Source of the DNA: a phage | Length of the DNA: 64,000 bases | Direction: 5' to 3' (one strand) | Sequence record: OZ336095.1 | Shown here: in pieces, positions 30,734 through 39,829 of the stretch | Position numbering within the stretch: position 1 is the stretch's first letter | Layout of the letters: every line of letters begins with the position of its first letter | The notes under the pieces: model-generated | What the model saw: only the letters and a program-made list of their open reading frames with translations | Database searches by the model: none | What the model was told of the DNA's origin: nothing | Made by a program: the position numbers and the translations under genes

Positions 30734-31081
30734 ATGATGGATAGCCTTTCTATATGGTTTAACAAGAAACCTGTGCAACCAAAATACTTACAAGTTGCCT
30801 ATACAGACATCCTTGAAGTTCTCGGTAAAGAAAAGTTTGAAAAGTTTTGTGAAGGTATCTACAATCACCACTGCCAATTTGCTACAAAAGAAGGTATGTT
30901 TGTCATAGAACAATTCTTTGGCAGAGACCCAGATGACTACGAAGAGATTAGCTTTGTAATGAAATACATGATAGAGTATATTGAAAATCGTGGATTCGAA
31001 GTTAATCCTGAATTTTATGAACATGAGGGTGTACCTTTAGCAAAAGGTTTCGATGGCATACTCGTTAACTGGACTTGGTGA
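30734..31081 (+). CDS. Hypothetical protein, 115 aa
   Basis: ORF track. Confidence 0.45.
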   Translation: MMDSLSIWFNKKPVQPKYLQVAYTDILEVLGKEKFEKFCEGIYNHHCQFATKEGMFVIEQFFGRDPDDYEEISFVMKYMIEYIENRGFEVNPEFYEHEGVPLAKGFDGILVNWTW

Positions 31082-31086
31082 AAACT

Positions 31087-31452
31087 ATGAAAATCAAAGA
31101 GATGAACATCAACATTGTCTTAGAAGAACGTTGGGAGAACATCAATAAGCCTGAAGATGGCCATAAGTTTCTTAACAAAATTTTAGTAGCAGCTAAAGAA
31201 GAACTGACTGGCAAGGTCGCAGCAGCAATTACAATAAAGGTCTGCGTAAAAGGTCTTCCAGACAATCACCAATTTGCACTTGACGAGTTTAAAGGAAGCT
31301 TCTACAATCCAAACAAACAGATGCTTGAAAGTAACTTTGCAGTGTCTACAAGTATCGTTCATGACAGAAGCTTTATCCTTTACAAGAATATGAGAGGTGA
31401 GTCATGCAAGCATGCAAGCATATTGGATAGAAATTTTACTGTCACTCGGTAG
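31087..31452 (+). CDS. Hypothetical protein
   Basis: ATG at 31087 (MKIKEM; track start 31075 is TTG). Confidence 0.45.
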   Translation: MKIKEMNINIVLEERWENINKPEDGHKFLNKILVAAKEELTGKVAAAITIKVCVKGLPDNHQFALDEFKGSFYNPNKQMLESNFAVSTSIVHDRSFILYKNMRGESCKHASILDRNFTVTR

Positions 31453-31588
31453 TGTAGCAGTCCTTGTTTATCTTCTTTGTAAGTACTTTGCAGAACATAA
31501 GAAGTGTGACTACTGTAACGGAGAAGGGTATACAAGAGCAGGTTGTTGCCCTATGTGTGGTGGTTCTGGTAAAATGTTTAATAAGTAA
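31412..31588 (+). CDS. Small membrane protein with C-terminal Cys-rich zinc-ribbon-like motif
   Basis: Hydrophobic segment then CDYCNGEGYTRAGCCPMCGGSG. Confidence 0.35.
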   Translation: MQAYWIEILLSLGSVAVLVYLLCKYFAEHKKCDYCNGEGYTRAGCCPMCGGSGKMFNK

Positions 31589-31616
31589 TTTAACAGTAAA
31601 CTAAGAGGAAAGTATT

Positions 31617-33983
31617 ATGCGCATGGTAAATGACCACGCAGAAGTGATTAAGAGTTCAACTTCTTTAGAGACGTCTCAAGCACAGATTACAATGACACCT
31701 GAGATGTTCAGCCTTTTGAGTTCTGGTGTATATACCTTTAAAGAAAGGGCAGTGATTCGTGAACTGTCATGTAACGCAGTAGATGCTCAGAAAGAAGCTG
31801 GAAAAGAGAACATCCCATTCCATGTGCATTTACCTACTCGTTTTGAGCCTTACTTCGAAGTTCGTGATTTTGGAACTGGATTGACTCATGATAAAGTTAT
31901 GAGTTTGTACCTAAACTATGGAGCTTCTACGAAGAATGACTCTAATGACTACATTGGTGCAATGGGTATCGGCTCAAAGTCACCATTTGCAATTGCTCAG
32001 TCATTCACAGTATCTAGTTATGTTGACGGTGTTGTTAATAAGTACTCTGTTTATCTTGAGAATGGTATCCCTCAAGTAACTAAGCTGACAACTAACCAAA
32101 CAAAAGAACCTAATGGTTTAGCTGTACGTGTGGCAGTTGCTGACCACCGTATCTCAAAGTTCTTTGAAGAAGCTGGGAATGTGTACTCATACTTCACTGT
32201 AAAACCAGAAAGTAATATTGAGTACGACGATGTATTAGCAGATATGAACGTAATTGCCCGTGAAGAAGGTGTTTATGATGCCATGATTCATAAGCACAGC
32301 TGGCGTTCTAGTGATAACAGGACAGAGTTTAATGTGGTGATGGGTAACATTGCCTACCCTGTTAATATGGAAGCATTACTTGGCGATGATTTCTTCAAAG
32401 TATTGCCAGAATTTTTCCGTAGGAGCGTAGACCTTGTAAACATCTACATGCCTATTGGTTCAGTTGCTATTGCAGCTTCTCGTGAAGCATTGCAGATGAA
32501 TGACACGACAAAAAATGTTATCATTGAGGCTACTAAAAAGATAACTGAAGCCATTACAAAGGATGTTATCAAAAAGATTAACAATCAGCCCACACTCATG
32601 GATGCTGCACAGGCTTATGCTGAGTTGCGTTTGAACTCACGAGAAATGTTTAATGCTGTGTGTCCAAAGCTAGAGTGGGGAGGCGTTAAGCTTGATTCTC
32701 TGGAAGAAGAGTTGCTAAACATTCGTCGCGGGATTATCTACGCAGAAGACGGCTCAGTCATTTATGAACGTGACGGTAAAGGTAATATTAAGGTTGATAG
32801 GAACGGGAACAATATCCCTAAAGTAGATTATCTTTATAACCCAGTTGCTTATGTCAAGTTCAACTCTTTAGAGAGTAAGATTCGTGCAACAGCACTTTCC
32901 TACACTCAAGAGGCAAGTATGTTCAATATCTTTGGTGCAATGCGTAAAAGCCAAATTGAACAGTTTTTGTTCGTGATTAATGACCGTCGCAATAAAAATG
33001 GTACTGAGAAGACTGTAGGCCGCAATCAGATTCTGCGTGGTGCATGTCGAGACTACGCCAGTGAGTCAAGTCTGTTTCACAGATACAATGGTATTGTGTT
33101 TGTATTCTCGACTGAAAAAGAGTTAGACGACCTAATCAATCTACACAAACTTGATAAAAGCTTGTTAAAGATTGTGAAGATGTCTGATAAGGAGCACCAT
33201 TATCAGCGTAAAGAAGCTGTAAGAGGTGTTGTAAAACTCTGGAAAGCTGTTCCAGCAGAAGGTGTAGCTTCCTATAAAGAGGTTTCAGAGGACTTTGATA
33301 CAATTGAAGAACCTCAGCTTTACATTAAGGCAATTGGTGACACAGTTGATGGCGAATGTTTTTGCTCATCTCCAGAAGATGTAGCCAAGTCAGTTGCTAA
33401 TGTTACAGGGAAGACAGTCTATGTTTTCCGAAAAGCAAATTGGAAAAAGATACCAGAAGACTGGATTGAAGTAGATGAGAAACTCTTGAACGACAGCTTA
33501 ACTGATGTTCATTGGATTAATCATAACAGGTATATGACACGTATCTATATGAATGGTGTCCTTGACCTTACAAGCAGTTGGATTATTGCCAGAAACTTTA
33601 CGTTCAATAACAGGAAGATTTCTCGTGGCTATTGCTATTCACGGGATACAAACAAAACTATCTTCCTAGAAGGAAATGAAGATGCTGTAGAGGCAATGTT
33701 CGGTAAAATCCAATACGTTGCTGCACCATTTGCATACACTTATACTATTAGTGTATTGAAAACTTTGAAAGACTGTCTTGACAATGATACAAAGCTTTAC
33801 AAGAAAATTAAGAAAGCTGGTGACCGTATGGTCATTAAGGTGACAAACTACCTTTCAAAAAGAAAACAAGAAAACTTCTTGCTTTCTCATTTAGATTGGA
33901 ATAAAGTGTCACCCATCGAAGTGAGTAAGTTCTTAGGCTTTGATGTAAAATGTGTTCCAGAAGGGACTACAATTTATGATTAA
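31617..33983 (+). CDS. rIIA: rIIA protein (GHKL-ATPase-like N-terminus)
   Basis: FSLLSSGVYTFKERAVIRELSCNAVDAQ, FEVRDFGTGL, NDYIGAMGIGSKSPFA match T4 rIIA N-terminal blocks; 788 aa. Confidence 0.8.
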   Translation: MRMVNDHAEVIKSSTSLETSQAQITMTPEMFSLLSSGVYTFKERAVIRELSCNAVDAQKEAGKENIPFHVHLPTRFEPYFEVRDFGTGLTHDKVMSLYLNYGASTKNDSNDYIGAMGIGSKSPFAIAQSFTVSSYVDGVVNKYSVYLENGIPQVTKLTTNQTKEPNGLAVRVAVADHRISKFFEEAGNVYSYFTVKPESNIEYDDVLADMNVIAREEGVYDAMIHKHSWRSSDNRTEFNVVMGNIAYPVNMEALLGDDFFKVLPEFFRRSVDLVNIYMPIGSVAIAASREALQMNDTTKNVIIEATKKITEAITKDVIKKINNQPTLMDAAQAYAELRLNSREMFNAVCPKLEWGGVKLDSLEEELLNIRRGIIYAEDGSVIYERDGKGNIKVDRNGNNIPKVDYLYNPVAYVKFNSLESKIRATALSYTQEASMFNIFGAMRKSQIEQFLFVINDRRNKNGTEKTVGRNQILRGACRDYASESSLFHRYNGIVFVFSTEKELDDLINLHKLDKSLLKIVKMSDKEHHYQRKEAVRGVVKLWKAVPAEGVASYKEVSEDFDTIEEPQLYIKAIGDTVDGECFCSSPEDVAKSVANVTGKTVYVFRKANWKKIPEDWIEVDEKLLNDSLTDVHWINHNRYMTRIYMNGVLDLTSSWIIARNFTFNNRKISRGYCYSRDTNKTIFLEGNEDAVEAMFGKIQYVAAPFAYTYTISVLKTLKDCLDNDTKLYKKIKKAGDRMVIKVTNYLSKRKQENFLLSHLDWNKVSPIEVSKFLGFDVKCVPEGTTIYD

Positions 33984-34062
33984 AGTGTTTGACAAGGGGC
34001 TTCAAAGCCCCTTAAAATAGCATCACAAAATGATTTATTAACTAACAAGAGAGAGTAATAAG

Positions 34063-35172
34063 ATGACTACTAAAACTAAAGCACAGATTGACGCAGAAAT
34101 TTACAAACTGGTTAAAGAGGGCAAGCTGACTAAAACCGCTATTGCACAGAAATTTAACACCTCAACCCGTTCAGTCGGTCGTGCTGTAGAGCGTCATGAA
34201 GCAACCTTAAAAGGGAATAAGAAGGTGACTTCTACACCAGCTACGAAGACTTTGAAGCAAGTTGCTAAGACCTTTAAAAAGAAAGCTGACAAACCAGTTG
34301 AAAAGGTTGTTAAAGAGTCTGTACAGAAAGCTCCAGTAAATAAACTACATGAAGCTATGCAGAAAGATGACAAGATTGAGTACATGATTACTGGTGACTC
34401 TGTAATTATGACTTATGGTTCAGAGTCTGAAATTGTTGAGTCTACTCATCCGAACTATCAAGAGATTGTAGTTCATGTTGTGAAAGGTGAGTTTAAGAAA
34501 GCCTTTGAACTGATGAACATTCGTAAGTCTATCGAAAACTTCACTCAGGGTGCTATCACAATCAAAGGTGATAAGTTATTCTACGGTGCTGTTGAGATGC
34601 GTTCTACTCTGGTTGACCGTATTCTTCACATGATGAAGACTGGAGATAAAGGCTTTGAACGCCTTGTGATGTTCTTCGAAAAACTGATGGAAAACCCATC
34701 TAAAGATTCCGTAGAACAACTTTGGGGCTTCGTATCTCACCTTGATGTTGAAATTGATGAAGAAGGCTACATCATTGGTTGGAAGAAAGTCTCTACTCGT
34801 GAAGGCAAGCTGGTTGACTCCCACACCTACAGAGTACCTAATGATTTGGGTAACATTGTAGAAATGCCACGTTGGATGGTTGATAATAACCGTAACGTGA
34901 CTTGCTCTCAAGGTCTTCACGTTGGTGCTTGGGATTATGTTCGCTGCTTCTCAGGTGATACAATTCTTAAGGTTCGTGTTCATCCACGAGACGTTGTATC
35001 CGTACCAACTGATTACAACGATATGAAGATGCGTTCATCACGTTATGAAGTTGCAGCAATCGTTGATAATCAACGTAAAGTACTGAAAGCATGGGATGGT
35101 AAGACTGAAGCTTTACATGTCATCGTTGGTACTGCTGGTGAACTTATCTCTCAGCGTAAACGTGAAAGCTAA
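34063..35172 (+). CDS. rIIB: rIIB protein
   Basis: LFYGAVEMRSTLVDRIL, ENPSKDSVEQLWGFV, VHPRDVVSVPTDYNDMKMRSSRYEV match T4 rIIB blocks; directly downstream of rIIA. Confidence 0.75.
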   Translation: MTTKTKAQIDAEIYKLVKEGKLTKTAIAQKFNTSTRSVGRAVERHEATLKGNKKVTSTPATKTLKQVAKTFKKKADKPVEKVVKESVQKAPVNKLHEAMQKDDKIEYMITGDSVIMTYGSESEIVESTHPNYQEIVVHVVKGEFKKAFELMNIRKSIENFTQGAITIKGDKLFYGAVEMRSTLVDRILHMMKTGDKGFERLVMFFEKLMENPSKDSVEQLWGFVSHLDVEIDEEGYIIGWKKVSTREGKLVDSHTYRVPNDLGNIVEMPRWMVDNNRNVTCSQGLHVGAWDYVRCFSGDTILKVRVHPRDVVSVPTDYNDMKMRSSRYEVAAIVDNQRKVLKAWDGKTEALHVIVGTAGELISQRKRES

Positions 35173-35189
35173 TAAGTAATTTCTTAAAA

Positions 35190-35211
35190 GGCTGCTTCGG
35201 CGGCCTTTTTT
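35190..35211 (+). terminator. Rho-independent terminator
   Basis: GC-rich hairpin around ttcg loop followed by TTTTTT. Confidence 0.55.
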
Positions 35212-35272
35212 ATTTGTATTTTGTGCAGAGTGCTGTATAATTGTTGTCACGATAAACTAAACAGGAGAACCA

Positions 35273-35821
35273 ATGAAGAAATTGATTCTAGGTTTGTGCT
35301 TAATGTTTACAGCACACTTATCTTATGCAGTTGACTGCCCAGAGCTATCAATTAGCCAAAAAGTAAACATGTTAAAAGCTTACCAGTATGGTGAGAATAA
35401 CATGGGTAAAGGTTGGGGTATAACTCTAGCTGCTATAGCCTTACAAGAGTCAGAGTTAGGTCTGAAGGTAGAGAATAAAAAGACACATGATTATGGTATT
35501 TTCCAGAATCACTTGAAGACTGTTGTAAAGCGTAACAAAATTAGCCCTAATGTGGCTAAAAAGAAACTCTTAAAAGATTTTGACTATGCTGCGAAGGAAA
35601 CGCACAAAGAACTTGAGTTTTGGACAAAGGTGCATGGTCAGCCAAAGTCAAAGAAGACTTTACAAAAAGTTTTAGCATCATATAATGCTGGGTATTCGTA
35701 CAGAATCCCTAAAGCTAAGAAGTATTCTCAAGATGTCTATAACAACATGAAAGTTATTGCTCAATGTGAATTTGCAACAAACATTTCTAAGGTAAATCAT
35801 GAAAAAATTAAGAAAGTCTGA
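35273..35821 (+). CDS. Secreted lytic transglycosylase-like (SLT domain) protein
   Basis: Signal peptide MKKLILGLCLMFTAHLSYA; AIALQESELG, DYGIFQ, YNAGYSY resemble SLT ES...GLMQ...AYNAG motifs. Confidence 0.5.
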   Translation: MKKLILGLCLMFTAHLSYAVDCPELSISQKVNMLKAYQYGENNMGKGWGITLAAIALQESELGLKVENKKTHDYGIFQNHLKTVVKRNKISPNVAKKKLLKDFDYAAKETHKELEFWTKVHGQPKSKKTLQKVLASYNAGYSYRIPKAKKYSQDVYNNMKVIAQCEFATNISKVNHEKIKKV

Positions 35822-36494
35822 TGAAGTACTGTGTCATGCTTATGACTTACATCCTCATGAGTTAGGTCTTGATTCCTGTGTATGGACTCCAGAACAGTGT
35901 AGGGATTTTGAAGACACCGCAAGAGAGGTTGTATGTTCACTCGAAGAGTTCCACACATCAGAGCCAATTGTTAATGTTGTAGATAAAGAGACTGGACAAG
36001 CTATAGGTGTAAGTCGTGATAGTTTAGTCATAGTCAATAAAGACCTTGTAGAAAAAGGGAATCTCATCTTAGCAGATATTGATGGTGTTCTTACAAATTT
36101 TAATCACGAAGATTGTTCAACGGAATTGACTGACGGTTCATTCTCGCAGTATACCAATCTTCTTGATTCTGTAAGAGCAAAGCCGACGTATGTTTTCAAT
36201 ATCATTGATGCAATTGCTAATCATGCTGCTGTTGGACTCTTGACAGCGAGAGGTGAATCTCAGAGAATACCTACTGAGATGTTTTTAAGGCATAACACAG
36301 AGCATGATTACATGCTTTTTATGCGTGGTTTTGGGACTAACTCTATAAGTGCAGAAAGTTTGAAAGTAAGGATGATTCAGTCTTGCATTCTTCCTTACTT
36401 TAATATAGTATGCTTTATAGAAGACACAGAGAAGAATGTTCAGAAGGTAAACAGAATACTTCCACACATCAAAACCATGTTAGTTAAACATTGA
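35799..36494 (+). CDS. Hypothetical protein, 231 aa
   Basis: ORF track. Confidence 0.45.
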   Translation: MKKLRKSDEVLCHAYDLHPHELGLDSCVWTPEQCRDFEDTAREVVCSLEEFHTSEPIVNVVDKETGQAIGVSRDSLVIVNKDLVEKGNLILADIDGVLTNFNHEDCSTELTDGSFSQYTNLLDSVRAKPTYVFNIIDAIANHAAVGLLTARGESQRIPTEMFLRHNTEHDYMLFMRGFGTNSISAESLKVRMIQSCILPYFNIVCFIEDTEKNVQKVNRILPHIKTMLVKH

Positions 36495-36504
36495 GAGAAA
36501 ACTT

Positions 36505-36969
36505 ATGAACAATATCATTACGGTAGCACTGGACGTTACGGCAAACAAATCTGAAGTAGTTCGTAAAATGATTCAAGGTAACTTTGAAGGTAAAATTTTC
36601 CGTGCTGTTAATGTAAAAGCTGATGGTAGCATTCGTGAATATCGTGCATTGTTGAACGTTAAGAAGCACGTAAAAGGTGTTGGTTCAACGACTGCACACA
36701 AAGAAAACCTGATGACTATCTATGATATGGGTAAGGCTTCAGAGTTAGGTGCTGAAGGTATCGTTAAAGAAGGTGCTCCGTATCGCTCTTTCAATCTGGA
36801 AACTACTCTTATGCTTTCCTTTACAAGTGGTTCTAAAACAATCACTTATCTCTTTACTGATGCTGCAACGGTATCTGCTATTAAGGATAGCACTGTCAAA
36901 GCTGGCGTAGTTGCTGCTGCAAAAGCTTCTTCGATGGCTGCGAATATCCTTGCTAAAGTCCTCGGTTAA
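36505..36969 (+). CDS. Hypothetical protein, 154 aa
   Basis: ORF track; followed by strong terminator. Confidence 0.5.
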   Translation: MNNIITVALDVTANKSEVVRKMIQGNFEGKIFRAVNVKADGSIREYRALLNVKKHVKGVGSTTAHKENLMTIYDMGKASELGAEGIVKEGAPYRSFNLETTLMLSFTSGSKTITYLFTDAATVSAIKDSTVKAGVVAAAKASSMAANILAKVLG

Positions 36970-36981
36970 GGTTAAGATACA

Positions 36982-37002
36982 GGCTCCTTCGGGAGCCTTT
37001 TT
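36982..37002 (+). terminator. Rho-independent terminator
   Basis: ggctcc-ttcg-ggagcc hairpin followed by TTTTT. Confidence 0.65.
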
Positions 37003-37021
37003 CATTTCAGGAGATTGTTAA

Positions 37022-37369
37022 ATGACATTTAAAGAGTTTTGTCAAGCTACTTTCATAATTGTTTTCTTAGTTGGGGCAGGTGTCTGGGGAGGATACTCTT
37101 ACAGAGACTACCAAGTTGCTGAAACTGAGCTAAATAATGAGAAACTAATAAGTGTTGCCAAAGATGCTTATCAGGAAGGTTTAGCCACACTCAGCACCAA
37201 TTACAAAAATGATTTGAAAGATGTGCTTGCTAAGAATAAGCACACAAAAGAGGTACTAACATATGAAAAAACTAAGCCAGAGTTTTATAATGTTTGTGTT
37301 ACTGATAATTATGTCAGGGTGTTCAACGAACAAAGTGAACAGTACATTCAAAAACTCCCAAGTAAGTGA
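37022..37369 (+). CDS. Candidate i-spanin (N-terminal transmembrane protein)
   Basis: 115 aa; N-terminal TM FIIVFLVGAGVWGG; overlaps a lipoprotein gene in another frame. Confidence 0.4.
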   Translation: MTFKEFCQATFIIVFLVGAGVWGGYSYRDYQVAETELNNEKLISVAKDAYQEGLATLSTNYKNDLKDVLAKNKHTKEVLTYEKTKPEFYNVCVTDNYVRVFNEQSEQYIQKLPSK

Positions 37370-37532
37370 GAGTGATAAGTACACTCAAGAAGATTCAAGA
37401 TTCACTATCAAAGGTAATACTGGTAGTGATGTGGCAGCAGCCCTTGAGTTCTATCGTGATGGATTTTACCAGTGCACAATCAAAGCTAATAACCTTATTG
37501 ATATGATTTTATTAGGAAATAAACAGCAATGA
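37263..37532 (+). CDS. Candidate o-spanin (lipoprotein), overlapped with upstream gene
   Basis: 89 aa; signal peptide with lipobox-like IIMSGC; GAGG RBS; start embedded in 3' end of 37022..37369. Confidence 0.4.
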   Translation: MKKLSQSFIMFVLLIIMSGCSTNKVNSTFKNSQVSESDKYTQEDSRFTIKGNTGSDVAAALEFYRDGFYQCTIKANNLIDMILLGNKQQ

Positions 37533-37798
37533 CAGAGAATGAAGATACTTTTTACGTAGAAGGGTACTTACTGTTACCGCGACCAAAAGAAACTTATATG
37601 CGAATTGACTTCATACCAACCATTATGGATAATGTGATGTGTCATATCTTTATGCAGGGTGTCACAGCACAGCTTAAGCATGTTGGTAAAGACTGCAAAA
37701 TAAAGGTTGACACTCATCCAGAAATCAAAGAGAATCACTACACATGGTTCTTACCAGACTCTAAAGAAATCTTAGCAGTTCTCAAAACGAGGAAGTAA
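37529..37798 (+). CDS. Hypothetical protein, 89 aa
   Basis: ORF track. Confidence 0.45.
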   Translation: MTENEDTFYVEGYLLLPRPKETYMRIDFIPTIMDNVMCHIFMQGVTAQLKHVGKDCKIKVDTHPEIKENHYTWFLPDSKEILAVLKTRK

Positions 37799-37800
37799 CT

Positions 37801-38127
37801 ATGCAGATTAATGGAAGAGACTTTGTAGCCGTTTACTACGAGAAAGGTAAAGAGGTTGGTGTAGCACAAGTATCTTATGGCAATGGTAAGTGGCTATATG
37901 GGACAATCGCAGTAGTAGGAACAAGAAGTGATACAAAAACTTTTAAAGATTGTGTTGACCTTCTTGAAGAATCCATACACAATCATTGGTGTCTGATATG
38001 GATGACTGACAACGAAGTGATAGAACGCTTCAAAAAGATTGGTATCAACATTGATAGCATTGAACATGTTGATTTATATGAGCTAACTGAGAAGGTAAAC
38101 TATGAAAGTAATACTAGCCAGAGATAA
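37801..38127 (+). CDS. Hypothetical protein, 108 aa
   Basis: ORF track. Confidence 0.45.
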   Translation: MQINGRDFVAVYYEKGKEVGVAQVSYGNGKWLYGTIAVVGTRSDTKTFKDCVDLLEESIHNHWCLIWMTDNEVIERFKKIGINIDSIEHVDLYELTEKVNYESNTSQR

Positions 38128-38329
38128 AAAGACACGGAAACTTATCAGGTCAGCGGTGTTCATTGGACGAAATAAGGTCATACCATTTGCAGCAAATGAT
38201 GTGATAGCTTACCGGAAGAACTTAGTATTCACTGACTGTTTACGTGGCTTCATCTCTGAACCATTAGAACACTTTAAAAGTCGTTGTGGTAAAGGCATCA
38301 TCATTCAAGAGGTAATTATTCATGGCTGA
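38102..38329 (+). CDS. Hypothetical protein, 75 aa
   Basis: ORF track. Confidence 0.4.
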   Translation: MKVILARDKKTRKLIRSAVFIGRNKVIPFAANDVIAYRKNLVFTDCLRGFISEPLEHFKSRCGKGIIIQEVIIHG

Positions 38330-38522
38330 TTTCTGCAAAGACTGTGCTATCGAAATGTTTGGACGTGATACAGGTGATTTAAAAGGTCTTATCACTGAAG
38401 ATGACTTTAAAGCTGGCTATGCAATGCCAGTAATCTGTGAAGGTTGTGGGTGCATCTGGGTAGACCACGAAGGGCAACGTGTAAAACCTTCAGAAGATAA
38501 AGAATCTTGGGAGAGATGTTAA
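38322..38522 (+). CDS. Small Cys-containing protein, 66 aa
   Basis: ORF track; CKDC...CEGCGC. Confidence 0.4.
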   Translation: MADFCKDCAIEMFGRDTGDLKGLITEDDFKAGYAMPVICEGCGCIWVDHEGQRVKPSEDKESWERC

Positions 38523-39308
38523 ATGGGTATTGTAAAAATCATCAAAGGTGATATCTTTGACGCATTTGATAAAGGTAAGTTTGACATCATTGGTCACGGT
38601 TGCAACTGTATGAACTTCATGGGTGCAGGTATTGCAGCAACTATTTCCAAGCGTTATCCAAAAGTGTATGATACTGACACAGAAGTTTACCTGTTTGCAG
38701 GTGGCATTCGTCACAAACCCTGTGAAAATTTACTAGGTAATTTCTCTGTAGCACGTTTAAAACAAGGCCGTATAGCTAACCTTTACACCCAACTTCATAC
38801 TGGTAAAGATGCCCGATACAGTGCTTTAGAGTCATCTTTGAAACAGCTTAACAGATACTGTGAAGTTAACCAGTTGAAGAAAGTTGGTCTACCTATGATT
38901 GGTGCAGGTATCGGTGGGCTTGACCCTCAAGCTGTCACAGTTATCATTAATCAGGTGATGAAGAGTGTAGATGTTTATCTGTATGTCTATGAAGCAAAAA
39001 TGTATAATGAGTTACACTCAGGTTGGAAAAACTACTGTGAACCAGAATACTTTGCAGGTGTAGTTGTGTTCACAGATAACGAAGTTACCCTCTTCAGACG
39101 AAGAAAAGGTAAGATACATCAAAGTAACCCTCCGGTTGAAAAGATGTCTCTGAGTAACGCTCTAGTTACCCACCTGTCGAAGAGCAATCACAGGATTGCA
39201 GTAACATTTGGCAGTGATGCAGATACTTATATCTATGCAAGAACTGATGAGGATATCGAGACAGTTTTCTCTTCACCAGAAGTTACCTTCTTAGACGCAA
39301 AGAACTAA
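38523..39308 (+). CDS. Macro domain protein (ADP-ribose binding/processing) with C-terminal extension
   Basis: IKGDIFDAFDKGKFDIIGHGCNCMNFMGAGIAATI and GLPMIGAGIGGL resemble macro-domain Gly-rich diphosphate-binding loops. Confidence 0.55.
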   Translation: MGIVKIIKGDIFDAFDKGKFDIIGHGCNCMNFMGAGIAATISKRYPKVYDTDTEVYLFAGGIRHKPCENLLGNFSVARLKQGRIANLYTQLHTGKDARYSALESSLKQLNRYCEVNQLKKVGLPMIGAGIGGLDPQAVTVIINQVMKSVDVYLYVYEAKMYNELHSGWKNYCEPEYFAGVVVFTDNEVTLFRRRKGKIHQSNPPVEKMSLSNALVTHLSKSNHRIAVTFGSDADTYIYARTDEDIETVFSSPEVTFLDAKN

Positions 39309-39374
39309 GAAACTCTGTAGAATATTCACAATAGACCAAGCCTTTCTTATCTGGTAAATTTTTCAGGTAAGGAG

Positions 39375-39560
39375 GGCTTTTTCATTTCAGAATTGTGCAG
39401 GTAGATTTCTATAGAGAAACCTGTAGAGAAAATATTGAACTCCAAAGAGAAAATTCATTTTCAAACTGTGCAGATAATCTCCAAAGAGCTTTTTCATTTT
39501 CAAAACGTGCAGACCCCGCTCAGGTCGGGCAAGGAAAATCATTTTAGATTTGTGCAGGTA
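39375..39560. repeat. Degenerate tandem repeats (four units with core cattttcaaa.ygtgcag) followed by a polypyrimidine tract
   Basis: Units at about 39378, 39451, 39488, 39535; ccctctccccctcttactccccctctcccc at 39585..39615. Confidence 0.6.
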
Positions 39561-39737
39561 GGTTTTTATAGAGAGCCAGACCAACCCCTCTCCCCCTCTT
39601 ACTCCCCCTCTCCCCAAAAGTCAAGAGAAAAATTTGTAGCGGATTGAAAAATAATTCTTGATTTGTGTTCTGTTTTGTGGTAGTCGTGTGCGCCCGTTTC
39701 ATTACAGTTTTGCCAAAAATATTTTTAAAATTTTTTC

Positions 39738-39766
39738 TTGACTCTTTGAACGTGGTTATCTAGTAT
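39738..39766 (+). promoter_or_regulatory. Strong sigma70-like promoter at entry to small-ORF region
   Basis: TTGACT, 17 nt spacer, TAGTAT. Confidence 0.6.
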
Positions 39767-39774
39767 TTGCATCA

Positions 39775-39829
39775 ACGGGGAGGGAATGACCTTCCCCACT
39801 AAATAAAGTCCTAAACTGGAGATTCAAAA
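39775..39829 (+). repeat. Cassette type 1 (hairpin ggggagggaatgaccttcccc + actaaataaagtcctaaactggagattc + ATG)
   Basis: One of six near-identical copies preceding small ORFs. Confidence 0.7.

Noticed and set aside
39375-39560. Possible CRISPR array (tandem repeats with spacers)
   Set aside because: Repeat units are degenerate and unevenly spaced (37-73 bp), no cas genes, and the units resemble terminator tails and cassette leaders
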